Below are positions 62,850 through 64,000 of a stretch of DNA of 64,000 bases, one piece after another. The stretch lies in the NCBI GenBank assembly GCA_947085035.1, contig CAMTUW010000010.1, positions 2,356 to 66,355 on the forward strand, written 5' to 3'. Position 1 is the first letter of the stretch, and every line of letters begins with the position of its first letter. Both the position numbers and the translations under genes were made by a program. The notes below the pieces were generated by a model. It was not told where the DNA came from. It made no database searches and saw nothing but the letters and a program-made list of their open reading frames with translations. This DNA is from an uncultured Actinomycetes bacterium (lineage in GTDB: Bacteria; Actinomycetota; Coriobacteriia; Anaerosomatales; PHET01).

Positions 62850-64000
62850 ATGGAGCAGACGACCATCGACACGATCGTCGGCGTGCTTGACAAGCGCATG
62901 AACCGCCAGCTCAAGCAGTACATGGATATCTGCGTGCGCTGCGCGATCTGCAAAGACGCGTGCCACCAGTACGTAGCCACACAGGACATGCGCTACCTGC
63001 CCGCCCACAGAGCAGAGCTCGTGAGGGGAATCTACCGCAAGTACTTCACGAAGGCCGGCCGGTTTCTCCCGGCGCTCTATGAAGCACGCGAGCCGGGCGA
63101 GAACCTCTTGGACGAGCTCTACGATTCGACCTACGCGTGCACAGGCTGTCGACGCTGCATGTACTACTGCCCGTTCTCGATCGACACGCAGTGGGTCGTC
63201 TCCGCGGCCAAAGGCATCCTGCTGGCGGCAGGACGCGGTAATGAGATGCTGGGGCAGCTGGCTGATGCCGCGCTTTTCAAGGGCGACAACGCCGAGATGT
63301 TCAAAGAACCGCTCACCGCTGGCTTTCGTGACATCGAAGCCGAGGTGCGCGATCTCACGGGTAACCCGAACGCAGAGATCCCGCTTGATCGAGAAGGCGC
63401 GGACATACTCTATGTCGCGCTGGCCGGCTCGCACTCGATTCTGCCCGCAGCGGTCATCTTCAACGAGGCCGGAGCCAGCTGGACCCTCTCATTCTTCGAA
63501 TCGGCCAACTACGGCTACTTCCTCGGGGACCCGGAAAAGGCTCGGCTCATCGCCAAGCGCTTCATGGATGAGGCGCTGCGTCTGGGCGTCAAGGAGGTCG
63601 TGATCACCGAGTGCGGACATGCCTACCGCGTCGCCGAGATGTTCTACGAGGCCTGGGCGAAGGAGAAGATGCCGTTCAAGGTGCGCCACATCCTCGACGT
63701 GATAGATGAGTACATCAAAGACGGCCGCATCACGGTCGATCAGGCGGCGATCAGGGAGCGCGTCACGTACCACGACCCTTGCCAGATCGGTCGCAACGGA
63801 GGCATCTACGAGCAACCGCGCGCCATCGTCTCGGCGATCTCTGAGAACTTCGTCGACATGACACCGAACCGCGAGAAGCAATGGTGCTGCGGCGGCGGTG
63901 GCGGCATCGTCGCGATGGAGGAGTTCAACAAGATGCGCTTGGCGAGCGGGGCCGAGAAGGTGCGGCAGATCAAAGAGACCGGCGCAAGCGTGCTCGCTTG
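62850..64000 (+). CDS. DsrK/HdrD-like Fe-S oxidoreductase with CCG domains (C-terminus cut by window edge)
   Basis: Absent from the ORF track because it runs off the right edge. My translation from the ATG at 62850: MEQTTIDTIVG..CVRCAICKDACH..CTGCRRCMYYCP..ITECGHAY..YHDPCQIGR..KQWCCGGGGG. That gives two 4Fe-4S motifs plus CCG-type cysteine motifs. Confidence 0.8.
   Translation, partial: MEQTTIDTIVGVLDKRMNRQLKQYMDICVRCAICKDACHQYVATQDMRYLPAHRAELVRGIYRKYFTKAGRFLPALYEAREPGENLLDELYDSTYACTGCRRCMYYCPFSIDTQWVVSAAKGILLAAGRGNEMLGQLADAALFKGDNAEMFKEPLTAGFRDIEAEVRDLTGNPNAEIPLDREGADILYVALAGSHSILPAAVIFNEAGASWTLSFFESANYGYFLGDPEKARLIAKRFMDEALRLGVKEVVITECGHAYRVAEMFYEAWAKEKMPFKVRHILDVIDEYIKDGRITVDQAAIRERVTYHDPCQIGRNGGIYEQPRAIVSAISENFVDMTPNREKQWCCGGGGGIVAMEEFNKMRLASGAEKVRQIKETGASVLA

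Noticed and set aside
1-64000. CRISPR arrays, tRNA/rRNA genes, transposases/integrases, prophage or classical defence islands.
   Set aside because: I found no regularly spaced direct repeats outside the adhesin coding repeats and no T-loop (GGTTCGAATCC-like) plus acceptor-stem combinations in intergenic regions. I also recognised no recombinase, transposase or phage-like ORFs by eye. Dedicated tools (tRNAscan-SE, CRISPR finders) were not available.

Overview
High-GC, gene-dense chromosomal segment. The synteny (ask-asd, ffs-dnaX-ybaB-recR, trxB-trxA) and an LPXTG-type surface protein suggest an anaerobic high-GC Gram-positive, Actinomycetota-like organism; this assignment is inference only. 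Many ORF-track entries are longest-ORF over-extensions or antisense artefacts, so I re-trimmed starts by reading RBS and start codons in the DNA. In window order: (1) a chorismate-binding enzyme, purH, an orphan Liv-type binding protein, purN-purM-purF and an untracked 59-aa wHTH gene. (2) A long minus-strand run of tightly or translationally coupled genes: PocR-GAF-HD-GYP, QueT, an [FeFe]-hydrogenase-like Fe-S protein fused to a GGDEF diguanylate cyclase, an AmmeMemoRadiSam-type radical SAM enzyme, a DsbA-like protein, a GT-A-like protein, TauE and a GNAT. (3) A two-component system, asd-lysC, a second large HD-GYP protein, recR-ybaB-dnaX and an SRP RNA that the ORF track cannot show. (4) An M48-like pseudo-peptidase, a lipoprotein, a 1579-aa LPXTG/DUF11-repeat surface protein behind a structured low-GC leader, and an acyltransferase. 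(5) Lon, then a large exported protein, a PIN-TM-TPR protein and trxB-trxA. (6) A NikR-centred nickel locus: divergent cbiM(N), then nikR-cbiQ-cbiO, an unknown Zn-ribbon/HEPN-like gene and hypFCDE. (7) An ABC-2 exporter, an EamA transporter and pgi. (8) An ArsR-DsrE2-TusA-DsrM-DsrK-like sulfur-relay/heterodisulfide-reductase-like cluster that runs off the right edge. I found no CRISPR array, tRNA, rRNA or mobile element. The best candidates for something new are the hydrogenase-like GGDEF sensor and its coupled operon, the Zn-ribbon/HEPN-like gene wedged between the Ni transporter and hypF, the ArsR-controlled sulfur-relay/DsrMK-like cluster, and the structured leader of the giant adhesin. All functional calls rest on motif recognition by eye; no database search was possible.
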